64,000 nt of DNA from Clostridiaceae bacterium UBA6110 (GCA_002428415.1 DIWI01000011.1:1423-65422), one strand, 5' to 3'. Positions 35,784 through 45,301 are shown, numbered from the stretch's first letter. The notes: generated by a model from the letters alone, not told the origin. A program made the numbers and translations.

Positions 35784-37457
35784 ATGGCACTTGATGGCAT
35801 ATATTTCAGCAATGTAGTAAAAGAGATAGGAACAGGACTGGAAGGCTCCAGGGTGGACAAGGTCAACCAGCCTGAAAGCGATGTTATAATACTGACGTTC
35901 AGGGGAAGAAGCGGCAACAGGAAGCTTCTCATAACATCCAACAGCAACTTTTCCAGACTTCACTTCACAGAGATCCAGAGGCAGAATCCACTCCAGGCAC
36001 CTCTGTTCCTTATGGTGCTCAGAAAGCATCTGCAGGGGGCTTTCTTTGAAGGAATAACTCAGCTGGACGGTGACAGGCTTGTAAACCTGACATTTTCCGG
36101 AAAGGATGAGATGGGCTTCGACCAGAAGTTCATACTTTCAGTGGAGATGATGGGAAAGCATTCCAACATCATCCTCATCAGGGAAAGGGACATGAAGATC
36201 ATCGAGTGCATAAAGCACGTGAGCGCCGACAGGAACACCTACAGGGTCCTTCTTCCCGGAAAGGCCTATATGCCGCCGCCGCCAAGCAACAAGCTCGACC
36301 CCCTTTCTTACACTGACGAGGAGCTTCTTCTGGCAGGCGATCCCAATAACATAGACCCGGAATTCTTCTCAAGGATATTCTCAGGAGTATCCAAAAGGAC
36401 ATCCAGCCTGATTCATGAGTTGTATGAAGGCTCTGATCCTCTTGCATTCATCAGGAACATACTGGAATCCACCGGAAGAGGAACCTCATTCTACATAATG
36501 AAGGAGGCCGGAGAATACAAGGATGTGGTGTCATATCCCTTCAGGGGTGACCTTGTCCAATACGGGAGCGCTTCAAAGGCACTTGAGGCTTTCGTAAGCG
36601 AAAGAGACCAGAAGGACAGGATGCGCGGAAAAAGTGCAGACATGCAGAAGATGATCCATACAAACATCGATAGGGTCCTTAAGAAAATAAACATCCTGGA
36701 CGAATCCATCAAGGACTCAATGGACAAGAACGAGGACAGGCTTAAAGGCGAGCTCCTTACCTCGAGCATACACAGCCTCAGGGATGGAATGAATGAGGCC
36801 AGGCTCCAGAATTATTATGACGGCACAGAAGCAGTCATCAAGCTCAACGAGCACAAGACCATAAGTCAGAATATCCAGCATTACTACCACAGGTATAACA
36901 AGAAGAAAAGGGCTGAGGAAATGGCAGCTTCTCAGAAGCTTTTGGCTGATGAAGAGCTCAACTATCTGAATTCAATCATGCTAAGCCTCCAGAACTCCGA
37001 AAACCAGCGTGAAATTGACGATATAAAGCAGGAGCTCATGGTGGCAGGCTACTTAAGGTTCAGGAAGGTTCCTGCAAGCAAGGAGAAGCCATCTAAGCCA
37101 TTCCACTTCAAGTCAACAGAGGGAATAGACATCTATGTGGGAAAGAACAACACACAGAACGATTACCTTACCACGAAGTTCGCCAGTAAGAACGACACCT
37201 GGCTCCATACAAAGGACATCCCCGGCTCACATGTGATAATCAAAGCTGAGAAGTTCTCTGAAGATACTCTTCTTGAAGCCGCAAACCTTGCAGCATGGTA
37301 CAGCAAGGCCGGGACATCCTCTAAGGTCCCCGTTGACTATACCAGGGTGAAGAACGTGAAAAAGCCAAATGGCGCAAAGCCTGGAATGGTAACCTATTCG
37401 ACGAACAAGACACTATATATCGACCCGGAGCTGACAAGGCTCGACAGGCTCGAGTAA
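35784..37457 (+). CDS. rqcH: Ribosome quality control factor RqcH (NFACT / FbpA family)
   Basis: NFACT-N domain (MALDGIYFSNVVKEI...VDKVNQP), a coiled-coil middle region, and NFACT-R (TWLHTKDIPGSHVII). The start is ATG 35784, after AAGGAGA. Confidence 0.9.
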   Translation: MALDGIYFSNVVKEIGTGLEGSRVDKVNQPESDVIILTFRGRSGNRKLLITSNSNFSRLHFTEIQRQNPLQAPLFLMVLRKHLQGAFFEGITQLDGDRLVNLTFSGKDEMGFDQKFILSVEMMGKHSNIILIRERDMKIIECIKHVSADRNTYRVLLPGKAYMPPPPSNKLDPLSYTDEELLLAGDPNNIDPEFFSRIFSGVSKRTSSLIHELYEGSDPLAFIRNILESTGRGTSFYIMKEAGEYKDVVSYPFRGDLVQYGSASKALEAFVSERDQKDRMRGKSADMQKMIHTNIDRVLKKINILDESIKDSMDKNEDRLKGELLTSSIHSLRDGMNEARLQNYYDGTEAVIKLNEHKTISQNIQHYYHRYNKKKRAEEMAASQKLLADEELNYLNSIMLSLQNSENQREIDDIKQELMVAGYLRFRKVPASKEKPSKPFHFKSTEGIDIYVGKNNTQNDYLTTKFASKNDTWLHTKDIPGSHVIIKAEKFSEDTLLEAANLAAWYSKAGTSSKVPVDYTRVKNVKKPNGAKPGMVTYSTNKTLYIDPELTRLDRLE

Positions 37458-37462
37458 ATTTC

Positions 37463-37502
37463 AGTCCTGAAGCATGATGATGATATGCTTCGGGACTTTT
37501 TC
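37463..37502 (+). terminator. rqcH intrinsic terminator
   Basis: AGTCCTGAAGCAT-gatgatgat-ATGCTTCGGGACT (13-bp stem, one mismatch) followed by TTTTTCAT. Confidence 0.85.
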
Positions 37503-37527
37503 ATCTCTGATAATTAATCAAAATTTC

Positions 37528-37583
37528 GTTAAATATTAATCAATACTGGGAAATTCCTTCACACACGTGTGGTAGCATATAAT
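37528..37583 (+). promoter_or_regulatory. Promoter/operator region of small gene 1
   Basis: GTTAAATATTAAT motif at 37528-40, shared with gene 2. A perfect 10-bp palindrome, CACACGTGTG, lies at 37562-71. TATAAT is at 37578-83. Confidence 0.5.
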
Positions 37584-37602
37584 CGCTGAAGGGGGCGATA
37601 CA

Positions 37603-37893
37603 ATGAAAACAAGAGAAAAGCTGAACAATTCGTCATCTACCCTTCCGACGCAGATTTTCGCCTTTTTTGCTGAAAAGAAAAATTCCACCGACCTTAGGGA
37701 CAAATCACTTAATGTTTGGATAGTGCCGGAGATAAAGGAGGAGTTGCCGATCCATGAGAGACAAAGACCAGTAATCGAGGTTGGAGAATCACGAAACTAT
37801 GAACTGATGAGGCTTCTATGGGAACTTCCTGTGCATGTAAGAGACGACAGTGGAATCGACTGGTACATCGAAAACAGGGAGTACATGATTTAG
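37603..37893 (+). CDS. Small hypothetical protein (96 aa), paralog of 38074..38367
   Basis: RBS GAAGGGGG. The C-terminal ~60 aa align with the neighbouring ORF: VWIVPEIKEELPIHE / VWVVPNVNEELTTHE and LMRLLWELPVHVRDDSGIDWYIENRE / LERLLNDIPPHVRDDGNVSWYLDNKR. Conservation at the protein level supports coding. Confidence 0.6.
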   Translation: MKTREKLNNSSSTLPTQIFAFFAEKKNSTDLRDKSLNVWIVPEIKEELPIHERQRPVIEVGESRNYELMRLLWELPVHVRDDSGIDWYIENREYMI

Positions 37894-37995
37894 CACCTTT
37901 TCTGCGTACAAATTAGCTATTTTGTCCAGGTTTAGCGTAGATTTTCAGTAATGGGCCTTACTTAACATAAGCAGGGTCCAAATTTTACCACCCGT

Positions 37996-38048
37996 TTGTT
38001 AAATATTAACAATCCCTACACACTTCCAAATCCATTATGTGGTAATAT
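37996..38048 (+). promoter_or_regulatory. Promoter/operator region of small gene 2
   Basis: A 7-3-7 inverted repeat, TTGTTAA-ATA-TTAACAA, lies at 37996-38012. The extended -10, TGgTAATAT, is at 38040-48. Confidence 0.5.
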
Positions 38049-38073
38049 CAAGCTGTCAAAGGAGGAATTCAAA

Positions 38074-38367
38074 ATGGCAGCAATAACCAGTCCGGGAAAA
38101 ACCGGAAGAGGCGAAGGCTCTTCAATAATGCAATGGCTCGAAAGGCACATGATGTCGAGAAGAAGCGTGAATGAATTAAGCAGAAGAGTTCGCAGGGTTT
38201 GGGTGGTACCTAATGTCAACGAAGAGCTAACAACACATGAACATTTCACTTCGGTGCTTGAATATGCTGAACCAAGGGACATGGACCTTGAGAGGCTTTT
38301 GAATGATATCCCTCCTCATGTCAGGGACGACGGAAATGTAAGCTGGTATTTGGATAACAAGAGATGA
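38074..38367 (+). CDS. Small hypothetical protein (97 aa), paralog of 37603..37893
   Basis: ATG 38074 follows AAGGAGGAATTCAAA; the track start at 37996 is a TTG inside the operator motif. See the paralog alignment above. Confidence 0.6.
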   Translation: MAAITSPGKTGRGEGSSIMQWLERHMMSRRSVNELSRRVRRVWVVPNVNEELTTHEHFTSVLEYAEPRDMDLERLLNDIPPHVRDDGNVSWYLDNKR

Positions 38368-38380
38368 CTTTATAATTACC

Positions 38381-38412
38381 GGAAGGGCAGCAATGTCCTT
38401 CCATTTGTTTTG
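38381..38412 (+). terminator. Intrinsic terminator after small gene 2
   Basis: GGAAGGGCA-gcaa-TGTCCTTCC followed by ATTTGTTTTG. Confidence 0.75.
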
Positions 38413-38578
38413 CCAAAATTCGTAAACGAGACTCCAAAACCTTATCTATGATTCTAGAATTTGCTCCGGCAAAGAAGTCATAAAAGTTAACATTATTGAA
38501 GAATCCTTTAAATCTAACCAATTTTTCTTGTATGTTTGGATTTTGATCGACTCGATGGTGTAGAATTGGCTTATAGCA

Positions 38579-39655
38579 ATGCTTCAGGAGGGCCGACTGT
38601 TGGAAAAAAGGAAAAAATTCATCATAAATTTCTTGTACTACGGAATACTTGCCGGATTCGGGTATGTGGCGCTTAAATACATACTGCCAATACTTGCGCC
38701 ATTCTTTCTGGGACTGACCATAGCGCTGCTATTGAAGCCGCTTATCATGAAGCTGCACGTGAAGACCGGGATAAACAGAAGATTCCTTTCAGCAACGATA
38801 CTCATACTTTTTTATATCCTCCTCTTTACTGTCATTGCTTATCTCGGAGTATCACTTTTCTTCGAGACAAGGGACCTTGCATACAGGCTGCCTGACCTCT
38901 ACAAGAATGACATTGAACCAGGACTTATTGGTACTGTTGAACGTCTGGTCTCTTCCTTCCCTGTAGTAGAGCCGGTTATAAGGGATTTCATCGAAGGACT
39001 TGCAAGCTCGCTCGGAGAAATAGTCAGATTCATTTCGAGCAATGCACTTAACACTTTGAGCTCCGCAGCTGCCAGATTATCCCTATTCTTCATCAAGTTC
39101 CTCTTCATGATCATCTCGAGCTTCTTCTTCATATTCGACAATGAGAAGATTTACTCGTTCATAATGAGGCAGATGTCGGAAAACATGAAGAACATAATCA
39201 CAAGAGCCAAAGAGAACCTCAAGAAAGTGCTTTCAAGCTATACGAAAGCATACCTTATGCTGATCTCGCTTACTTTCTTTGAGCTTTCAATCGGACTTTC
39301 GCTGCTCAGGATAAGAAATGCGATACCTCTCGCGTTCGTGATTGCCCTGATAGACATCCTGCCTATCCTTGGAACAGGCGGAGTCCTTATACCATGGGGT
39401 CTTATCGCCATAGTGATTGGCAGAACCGGGCTTGGACTTGGAATTCTTCTCATTTATCTGATAGTCACTGTAGTGAGGCAGTCACTTGAACCGAAGATCG
39501 TCGGCGACCAGATTGGCCTTCATCCTATAGTCATTCTCCTATGTATATTCATTGGAGGCAGATTGTTTGGAGTGCTCGGAATATTCCTAATCCCAATAAC
39601 CATGACGATCATAAAGAAGCTCAATGACGAGAAGGTAATTCACGTTTTCAAGTAG
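38579..39655 (+). CDS. AI-2E family transporter (YtvI-like integral membrane protein)
   Basis: 358 aa with ~8 TM segments. The conserved C-terminal block is IDILPILGTGGVLIPWG...EPKIVGDQIGLHP. An alternative start is TTG 38600, after GGAGGG. Confidence 0.75.
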   Translation: MLQEGRLLEKRKKFIINFLYYGILAGFGYVALKYILPILAPFFLGLTIALLLKPLIMKLHVKTGINRRFLSATILILFYILLFTVIAYLGVSLFFETRDLAYRLPDLYKNDIEPGLIGTVERLVSSFPVVEPVIRDFIEGLASSLGEIVRFISSNALNTLSSAAARLSLFFIKFLFMIISSFFFIFDNEKIYSFIMRQMSENMKNIITRAKENLKKVLSSYTKAYLMLISLTFFELSIGLSLLRIRNAIPLAFVIALIDILPILGTGGVLIPWGLIAIVIGRTGLGLGILLIYLIVTVVRQSLEPKIVGDQIGLHPIVILLCIFIGGRLFGVLGIFLIPITMTIIKKLNDEKVIHVFK

Positions 39656-39674
39656 TTCCTGAATGTAACCGAAG

Positions 39675-39710
39675 AAAATGCTGTCCCGCAGCTAAGCAGG
39701 ACAGCATTTT
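39675..39710. terminator. Bidirectional terminator between the ytvI-like and arsC-family genes
   Basis: AAAATGCTGTCC-cgcagctaagca-GGACAGCATTTT, a 12-bp stem flanked by A and T runs. Confidence 0.85.
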
Positions 39711-40067
39711 TTATTTCAGGACCTTATTCCATTCTTCCTCATTGAACCCGACAAGAGTATTGCCGCTGTCAGTCCTAAGTATAGGCCTCTTTACAAGCAT
39801 CGGGGTTTTAGAAAGAAGCTGCAGCACCTCTTCCTCAGACATGCTTCCAAGCATTTCCTTCACGTTCAGCTCGCGATATGCCTGACCGCTGGTGTTGAGA
39901 AGCTTCTTAAGCACCACGCCTGAGGATATAATGCTTCTCAGCTCTTCCAGACCCGGTGGCTTCTCAGTTATTTCTCTCCACTCATATGGAATATCTCTGG
40001 AAGCGAGATATTTCCTTGCCTTCTGGCAGGTTCCGCATTTGCTGTATCCAATTAGTTCCATATCCAC
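39711..40067 (-). CDS. ArsC/Spx/YffB family thioredoxin-fold protein
   Basis: 118 aa with an N-terminal CxxC (YSKCGTCQKARKYL) and LLKRPIL-like MLVKRPIL. The gene starts right after the sbcC stop codon. Confidence 0.75.
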   Translation of the reverse strand: MDMELIGYSKCGTCQKARKYLASRDIPYEWREITEKPPGLEELRSIISSGVVLKKLLNTSGQAYRELNVKEMLGSMSEEEVLQLLSKTPMLVKRPILRTDSGNTLVGFNEEEWNKVLK

Positions 40068-40068
40068 C

Positions 40069-43000
40069 TCAATTTATTTCCGCAAAGCTTCCGGCACCCG
40101 GCTTTGACTTAACGGTTATTTTTCTTGGGATCCTTTCCTTAAGCTCCGAAACATGCGATATTATACCGACTATCCTGCCTGATACATTCAGGTCCATCAG
40201 GCACCCGAGGGCATTCTCAAGGGAATCCTGGTCAAGCGACCCGAATCCTTCGTCTATGAATATCGTCTCAAGGTTCACGCTTCCCCTGCTGCTCTCTATG
40301 AAGTCTGATAACCCAAGTGCCAGTGCCAGTGAAGCCTTGAAGCTCTCACCGCCCGAAAGTGAAAGAACATCCCTCTCCCTTCCCGTATAAGCATCATGGA
40401 TGTTAAGGTCAAGCCCCACCTTTTCCCTTCTGCTTGCCTGGTCTTCTTTCCGCTTCAGCTGGAATCTTCCTTCAGACATCTTCCATAGCCTCTTGTTTGC
40501 CATACCCAGTATTCCGTCGAAATAATATGACTGGACGAAGGTTTCGAAGGACCTTCCAACTGAAGCTGTGCTATGAAGCCTGAAGAGGGCTCCGAACCTT
40601 TCCCTGTTTGCTTTGTACTTTGAAACTGTGTCCTTCGCTTTCTCAAGAAGCCCTGCAAGTTTGAAACATTCCTTGTCCACATCACTTAATGATTTTCTGG
40701 CTTCCTCAAGCCTTAACTTTGCCTGATCCTTTTTTTCATGAAGCGGCTCTAGAAAAATCTCGCTCCTTCCTGAGCAATCCTCCTCGAGCTGTGCAACTGC
40801 ACCCTTCGCCTTGTTCAGCTTCTCGTAGAAGGAGCTTATCTCCTTTTCCATTGCCGGGATCTCAGCGACCCTTTCCTTCAGCAGGTCATACTCAGATACT
40901 GCAAGCCCCTCTGCTGCTATGCTTGTTTCCAGCTCAGACCTGAGCCTTTCAGTTTCACTTATCAATGATTCCCTGAGCTTAGCCAGGGTTCCTGTCCTCT
41001 CGCTGAGTGCTGTAAGCCTTAGGTCGGTATCCCTGATCGATGATGTTATCCTTTCATGGTCTCTGCTGATAGTTTCAATCCTCGATCCAAGTCCTGCAAT
41101 TTCATCTGACACTGATTTAGAATCGATATCCGCACCCTGCTCCTCCAAAGTCCTTTCCTCGCCTTTTGCAGCGCCAAGCTTCTCTGAAGCCATCTGCAGA
41201 TCCAGTCCGATGGAATCAAGCTTTTCCTTGACCCCCTTGAGACCTTCAAGCTCAATCCTCAGCTTTACTAGTGCACTGGAGGCTTCTAGCCTTAACTCCT
41301 CAGCTTCAGATATTTCTGCTTCAGCCTTTGCTATCTGTTCCTTTTTTGAAATGCCTTGGCTTGTTATCTCTTCGATCCCAGTTTCCTCAAGTCCGCTGTT
41401 CAGGTAGAATTCCCTTAATTCCGCCTCAATTTCAGTCAGTGATGACTTCAGTCCTTCAAGCTTCTGATCTGATTTTGCAAGCTCCCTGCGTGCGTTCTCA
41501 AGAGCTTTCTGAGCACTGAGATAGCTTTCCTCGTCAAAATCTGACGCTTCTCCGCCAGTCAGTTGATGGTGAACGGAGCCGCATACCGGACAAGGTTCCC
41601 CTTCAATCAGGTCCTTTCTCAGTATCGCTCCCAGACTCGTCTTCTTCAGCTCCTCAGCTGCCTCGAAGGCCTTCATGCAGTCATCAGCTTTCCTTGAGCT
41701 TTCCATCTGTTCAGTCTCTGCTTTTACAAGCTTCTCCCTTTCTACTGCATGCTTCCTGAGAAGCCTGTGGGCATCAGCCAAAAGCTTCCGTTCACCCTCA
41801 AGCTTCAGCTTCTTCAGTTTCAGTTCTGAAACCTCAAGGCTCAGTTTACTCTCCTTTTCTCTGAAAAGAGATTCCTCGGCTGTCAGCGAATCAGCCTTCT
41901 TCAGCCTTTCTGAAAGCATAACCTTTTCACTTTCAAGTCTTATCTTTTCTTTCTGGAGCGATTCTGACCTCTTCCTGGCGGATGCAAGCCTTACTGACTT
42001 TTCAAGGAGTTCTGACTTCATGGATTTTTCTGCCTTTAATGTATCCAGTTTGGAGTATTCCCCATCAGACACTTCCTTTTCCTTTGCAAGACTTTCCTTT
42101 TGCTTCTCATTCCTTTCAGTATCCTTCAATGCCATCTCAAGGTTTTTCACTGCACTATCAAGTTCCTTAGCCTTGGAGCTCAGCTCCTTCTCCTTCGGCA
42201 GTATCAGTCTTGCCTTGAGTATACCGTCCAGAGTCCTTGAATCCTGTATGATCTTCGGTTCCTCAAAAGAAAGCTCATTCAGAAGCTTTTCAGCTGTCTT
42301 GAATATCGCCAGCCTCTTATTGTTGTCTTCAGCTGCCAGGATCTCAGCTTCAGACGCTTTAAACAAAACCTCTTTTTCAGAGGTTTCCGCTTCCATCCTG
42401 ACCTTTTCGATTTCCATTTCCTCCAGCTTCTCCTGAAGCGGATGTTCGCCCATGTCTATGTCCCGGTCAGATATTCCTGCCTCACCCATTGCTTCTTTGA
42501 ACCTTGATATGAGCTCTGAATCAAGCTTCTTTGATTCATCATACTTGGCCTTAATCCTGTCCTGGAAATCCTGGTATACCTCAGTTGAAAACAGCTTCTT
42601 GAGAATATCCGATTTGTCTTTTGTGCTTGATGCCAGGAATTCCCTGAATTCGCCCTGAGGTATCATGACGATCTTCTTGAACTGCTCAAGTGTCAGTCCA
42701 AGTATGCCTTCAATCTCCTGGTTCACTTCCCTGGCCTTGACCAGGGCATTCTGCCTGTCACTCTCCCTGTAAAACAGGACCTTGGAGGTGCCTCTATATG
42801 TTTCAGTCCGCATTATGGTGTATTTCTCGCCTCTTACTGAAAACTCAAGCTCGACTTCCATGTCTTCCTTTGGCCCGGATAGCTGGCTCCTGTAGCAATC
42901 AGCCTTGTCCCTGTCGCTGCTCGATGCCTTGCCGTAAAGCGCATAGCATATCCCGTCGAAAATGGAGGTCTTTCCAGCACCCGTAGCTCCTGTTATCAGG

Positions 43001-43092
43001 AATATCCTGTCATCATAAAGCTTCGTGAAATCTATTATGCATTCATCCTTGAATCCAAGGAACGCATTCATCCTAAGCCTTATAGGTTTCAT
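40069..43092 (-). CDS. sbcC: Exonuclease SbcC (SMC-like ATPase)
   Basis: Walker A GATGAGKTSIFDGICYALYG, a ~700-aa coiled coil with a CPVCGS zinc hook, the signature LSGGESFKASLALALGL and Walker B IFIDEGFGSLD. Confidence 0.95.
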   Translation of the reverse strand: MKPIRLRMNAFLGFKDECIIDFTKLYDDRIFLITGATGAGKTSIFDGICYALYGKASSSDRDKADCYRSQLSGPKEDMEVELEFSVRGEKYTIMRTETYRGTSKVLFYRESDRQNALVKAREVNQEIEGILGLTLEQFKKIVMIPQGEFREFLASSTKDKSDILKKLFSTEVYQDFQDRIKAKYDESKKLDSELISRFKEAMGEAGISDRDIDMGEHPLQEKLEEMEIEKVRMEAETSEKEVLFKASEAEILAAEDNNKRLAIFKTAEKLLNELSFEEPKIIQDSRTLDGILKARLILPKEKELSSKAKELDSAVKNLEMALKDTERNEKQKESLAKEKEVSDGEYSKLDTLKAEKSMKSELLEKSVRLASARKRSESLQKEKIRLESEKVMLSERLKKADSLTAEESLFREKESKLSLEVSELKLKKLKLEGERKLLADAHRLLRKHAVEREKLVKAETEQMESSRKADDCMKAFEAAEELKKTSLGAILRKDLIEGEPCPVCGSVHHQLTGGEASDFDEESYLSAQKALENARRELAKSDQKLEGLKSSLTEIEAELREFYLNSGLEETGIEEITSQGISKKEQIAKAEAEISEAEELRLEASSALVKLRIELEGLKGVKEKLDSIGLDLQMASEKLGAAKGEERTLEEQGADIDSKSVSDEIAGLGSRIETISRDHERITSSIRDTDLRLTALSERTGTLAKLRESLISETERLRSELETSIAAEGLAVSEYDLLKERVAEIPAMEKEISSFYEKLNKAKGAVAQLEEDCSGRSEIFLEPLHEKKDQAKLRLEEARKSLSDVDKECFKLAGLLEKAKDTVSKYKANRERFGALFRLHSTASVGRSFETFVQSYYFDGILGMANKRLWKMSEGRFQLKRKEDQASRREKVGLDLNIHDAYTGRERDVLSLSGGESFKASLALALGLSDFIESSRGSVNLETIFIDEGFGSLDQDSLENALGCLMDLNVSGRIVGIISHVSELKERIPRKITVKSKPGAGSFAEIN

Positions 43093-44236
43093 CTCCGAAC
43101 ACCCCCATTTCCTCTACTGTCTCATCTATTATCCTAACCATCGCCTCACTGGGTTCATCGCCGTTCTCAAGCAAGTAGAACTCATGGAAAAGGCTTTTGA
43201 TGTCCCTGCTCTCCATCTTTTCAAGGGCAGCGAAGCTTGAACCCTCTGCCTGAAGATCCCTCTCCCTCTGCAGCTCAATTATGTTTGGATATCTTGACCT
43301 GAGCCTGTCAAGTGGATCCTGGATCTCTTCCTCATCCGTAAGCACAGCCCTGACGAAATCTTTTGCATGGCTGTCCCCGGAACAGTTCATAAGCTCCGAG
43401 AAGCTTCCCCTGAGTATTACAAGGTCTCTTTGCGGTGTCAGGAATCTCTCGCTCACCTCGACCTTTCCATCCCCGTCCATTACCACGATTGATATGCTTT
43501 TCCTGTGATTGGCCTCTGAGAACGAGTATTTCATTAGTGACCCGCTGTATCTTATCTTTCCCTTTTTAACCCACTGAGGCTTGTGAAGATGACCAAGGGC
43601 TACATAGTCGAATATGTCGAATATCTCAGCCTTTACGAAATCTGTTCCACCGACTGTAAGGAGCCTTTCAGAGTCGCTTGTCTCCACATCCTCCTTGACG
43701 CCAGGTGTAACGAAGCCATGGAATATCAGTACCTTCCTGTTTCCGTCAAATTGCACGGATCTTTTGATTATCTCATCATAAAGTACGCTGTCGTCCTTTG
43801 ATTCGTTAAGACCGTATATTTCTCTGAGCGTGAAGCTATCCTTGTATGGGAGAAAATAGAAAGAAACCTCTCCTGATTCATCCTTCAGGTTTATTCTCTT
43901 GAGTGGATCCTCAGGATTTCCCTGGATAAGAAGACCATGCGTCTCAAGCAGACTGTTAAGGACCTGTACCCTTTCCGAGGAATCGTGGTTTCCTGTGATA
44001 AGAAGCACATTTACGCCGAGCTCTGACAGTCTTGTCAGAAATCTGTTATAGATCCTTACAGCATCCTCCCTGGGAACTGAACGGTCATAGACATCACCTG
44101 CAATGACAAGGGCATCCGGTGACTCCTCCTGTATAATCTGAATCAGCTGATTCAGTGCATCCTCCTGGTCTTCCAGAAGTGATATGTCCTTTAAATATCG
44201 GCCTATGTGCAAATCTGCAATGTGTATGAATTTCAC
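43073..44236 (-). CDS. sbcD: Exonuclease SbcD (Mre11-like phosphoesterase)
   Basis: Motifs ADLHIGR, GDVYD, GNHD and GHLH. The gene overlaps the sbcC start. Confidence 0.95.
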   Translation of the reverse strand: MKFIHIADLHIGRYLKDISLLEDQEDALNQLIQIIQEESPDALVIAGDVYDRSVPREDAVRIYNRFLTRLSELGVNVLLITGNHDSSERVQVLNSLLETHGLLIQGNPEDPLKRINLKDESGEVSFYFLPYKDSFTLREIYGLNESKDDSVLYDEIIKRSVQFDGNRKVLIFHGFVTPGVKEDVETSDSERLLTVGGTDFVKAEIFDIFDYVALGHLHKPQWVKKGKIRYSGSLMKYSFSEANHRKSISIVVMDGDGKVEVSERFLTPQRDLVILRGSFSELMNCSGDSHAKDFVRAVLTDEEEIQDPLDRLRSRYPNIIELQRERDLQAEGSSFAALEKMESRDIKSLFHEFYLLENGDEPSEAMVRIIDETVEEMGVFGDETYKA

Positions 44237-44332
44237 TGTATATCACGCTCCCATACAATGAGTTTACAGCAGAAATTTATTCAAGACAATGAAATGTGGT
44301 CAGCAATAATGTACAATGGGGTTAGGAGGTGT

Positions 44333-44842
44333 ATGTACATGCCAAGAAGGATAAGAATGCGCCTTGACCTTGAGGATAAGATCAGAAACTACAATGTGGA
44401 GATCACCCCTGTGTCCGAGGATACGATCCCCGAGCTTGCCGGTATAATGCTTGATGCCTACAGAGATACCGTGGACTATGAGGGCGAGGACCTGAAGCAG
44501 ACCGAGGATGAACTTGGACGAGTCTTCAGAGGACTCTACGGCCCCGTGATCAGGGAAGCCTCCCATACCATATGGGAAAACGGTGAAGCTGCCGCATCTG
44601 TTCTTGTTTGCCTCTTCAAGCATGAGCCTACAATTACCTACACCTTTACCAGAAAAGCATCCAAGAGGAAGGGCTACGCTACAACACTGATCAACAAGGC
44701 TGAAGAAGAGCTTCTGAAGCGGGGCTACAGGACCCTCCACCTGTTCGTGACCCTGGAAAACAGGGATGCTGTCAACCTGTATGAATCACTTGGATTCTAC
44801 GAGGTTCCGGTTACCACCGTCACAGAAATAATAACAAACTGA
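44333..44842 (+). CDS. GNAT family N-acetyltransferase
   Basis: The acetyl-CoA motif region RKGYATTLINKAEEELLKRGYRTLHLFVTLENRDAVNLYESLGF. The start is ATG 44333, after TAGGAGGTGT; the track start at 44207 overlaps sbcD. Confidence 0.8.
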   Translation: MYMPRRIRMRLDLEDKIRNYNVEITPVSEDTIPELAGIMLDAYRDTVDYEGEDLKQTEDELGRVFRGLYGPVIREASHTIWENGEAAASVLVCLFKHEPTITYTFTRKASKRKGYATTLINKAEEELLKRGYRTLHLFVTLENRDAVNLYESLGFYEVPVTTVTEIITN

Positions 44843-44854
44843 ACGGAGCTATGC

Positions 44855-45301
44855 ATGAGCATCGAAATTTTAAAATCTGCAGTCCGTATACTAGACAGGC
44901 TCGGAATCCTTAACCGAGTGATTCTCGCGGGAGAACCTGCAGCAGCCCTCTTAATAACAGATATGGACTTTGAAGGTATCTTCACGGAGATACCTTTCTT
45001 AATTGAAAAACCACATTCCCTGCCCAGGGCAAGTATCCATGAAGCATTCAGGGCTGAAGGCTTCGATTACCTCGAGGATTGTTACGGAAGGCTTTCAACC
45101 TTTAACAAGGATGAGACCAGAGTAGCTTTTTATACCGGTCTTAATGGAAGCAGCAGGACAAAGGTCCTTGAAGTTCCGTCACTTGGACTGAACATCATGG
45201 CTGCTAGAAAATACAACCATGCATTTGAAAGCACTGTAGAAATTTGCCTGGACGGGCTCACAATAAGGATTTCGAGAGCCACTGCTGCTGAAGCTCAATA
45301 A
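44855..45301 (+). CDS. Hypothetical protein (148 aa), possibly a degenerate nucleotidyltransferase fold
   Basis: I recognise no firm family. VILAGEPAAALL...ITDMDF loosely resembles the G[SG]...DxD pattern of minimal nucleotidyltransferases. It sits 13 nt after the GNAT gene. Confidence 0.35.
   Translation: MSIEILKSAVRILDRLGILNRVILAGEPAAALLITDMDFEGIFTEIPFLIEKPHSLPRASIHEAFRAEGFDYLEDCYGRLSTFNKDETRVAFYTGLNGSSRTKVLEVPSLGLNIMAARKYNHAFESTVEICLDGLTIRISRATAAEAQ

Noticed and set aside
41675-42436. 253-aa + strand ORF, extremely Ser/Phe/Leu-rich
   Set aside because: It is the mirror image of the Glu/Lys/Leu-rich SbcC coiled coil on the opposite strand, so it is not an independent gene.
40069-44236. 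Large SMC-like ATPase plus nuclease as a defence system (Lamassu/Gabija/Wadjet-like)
   Set aside because: The zinc-hook CxxC, Mre11-type phosphoesterase motifs, sizes and overlap are exactly those of canonical SbcCD.
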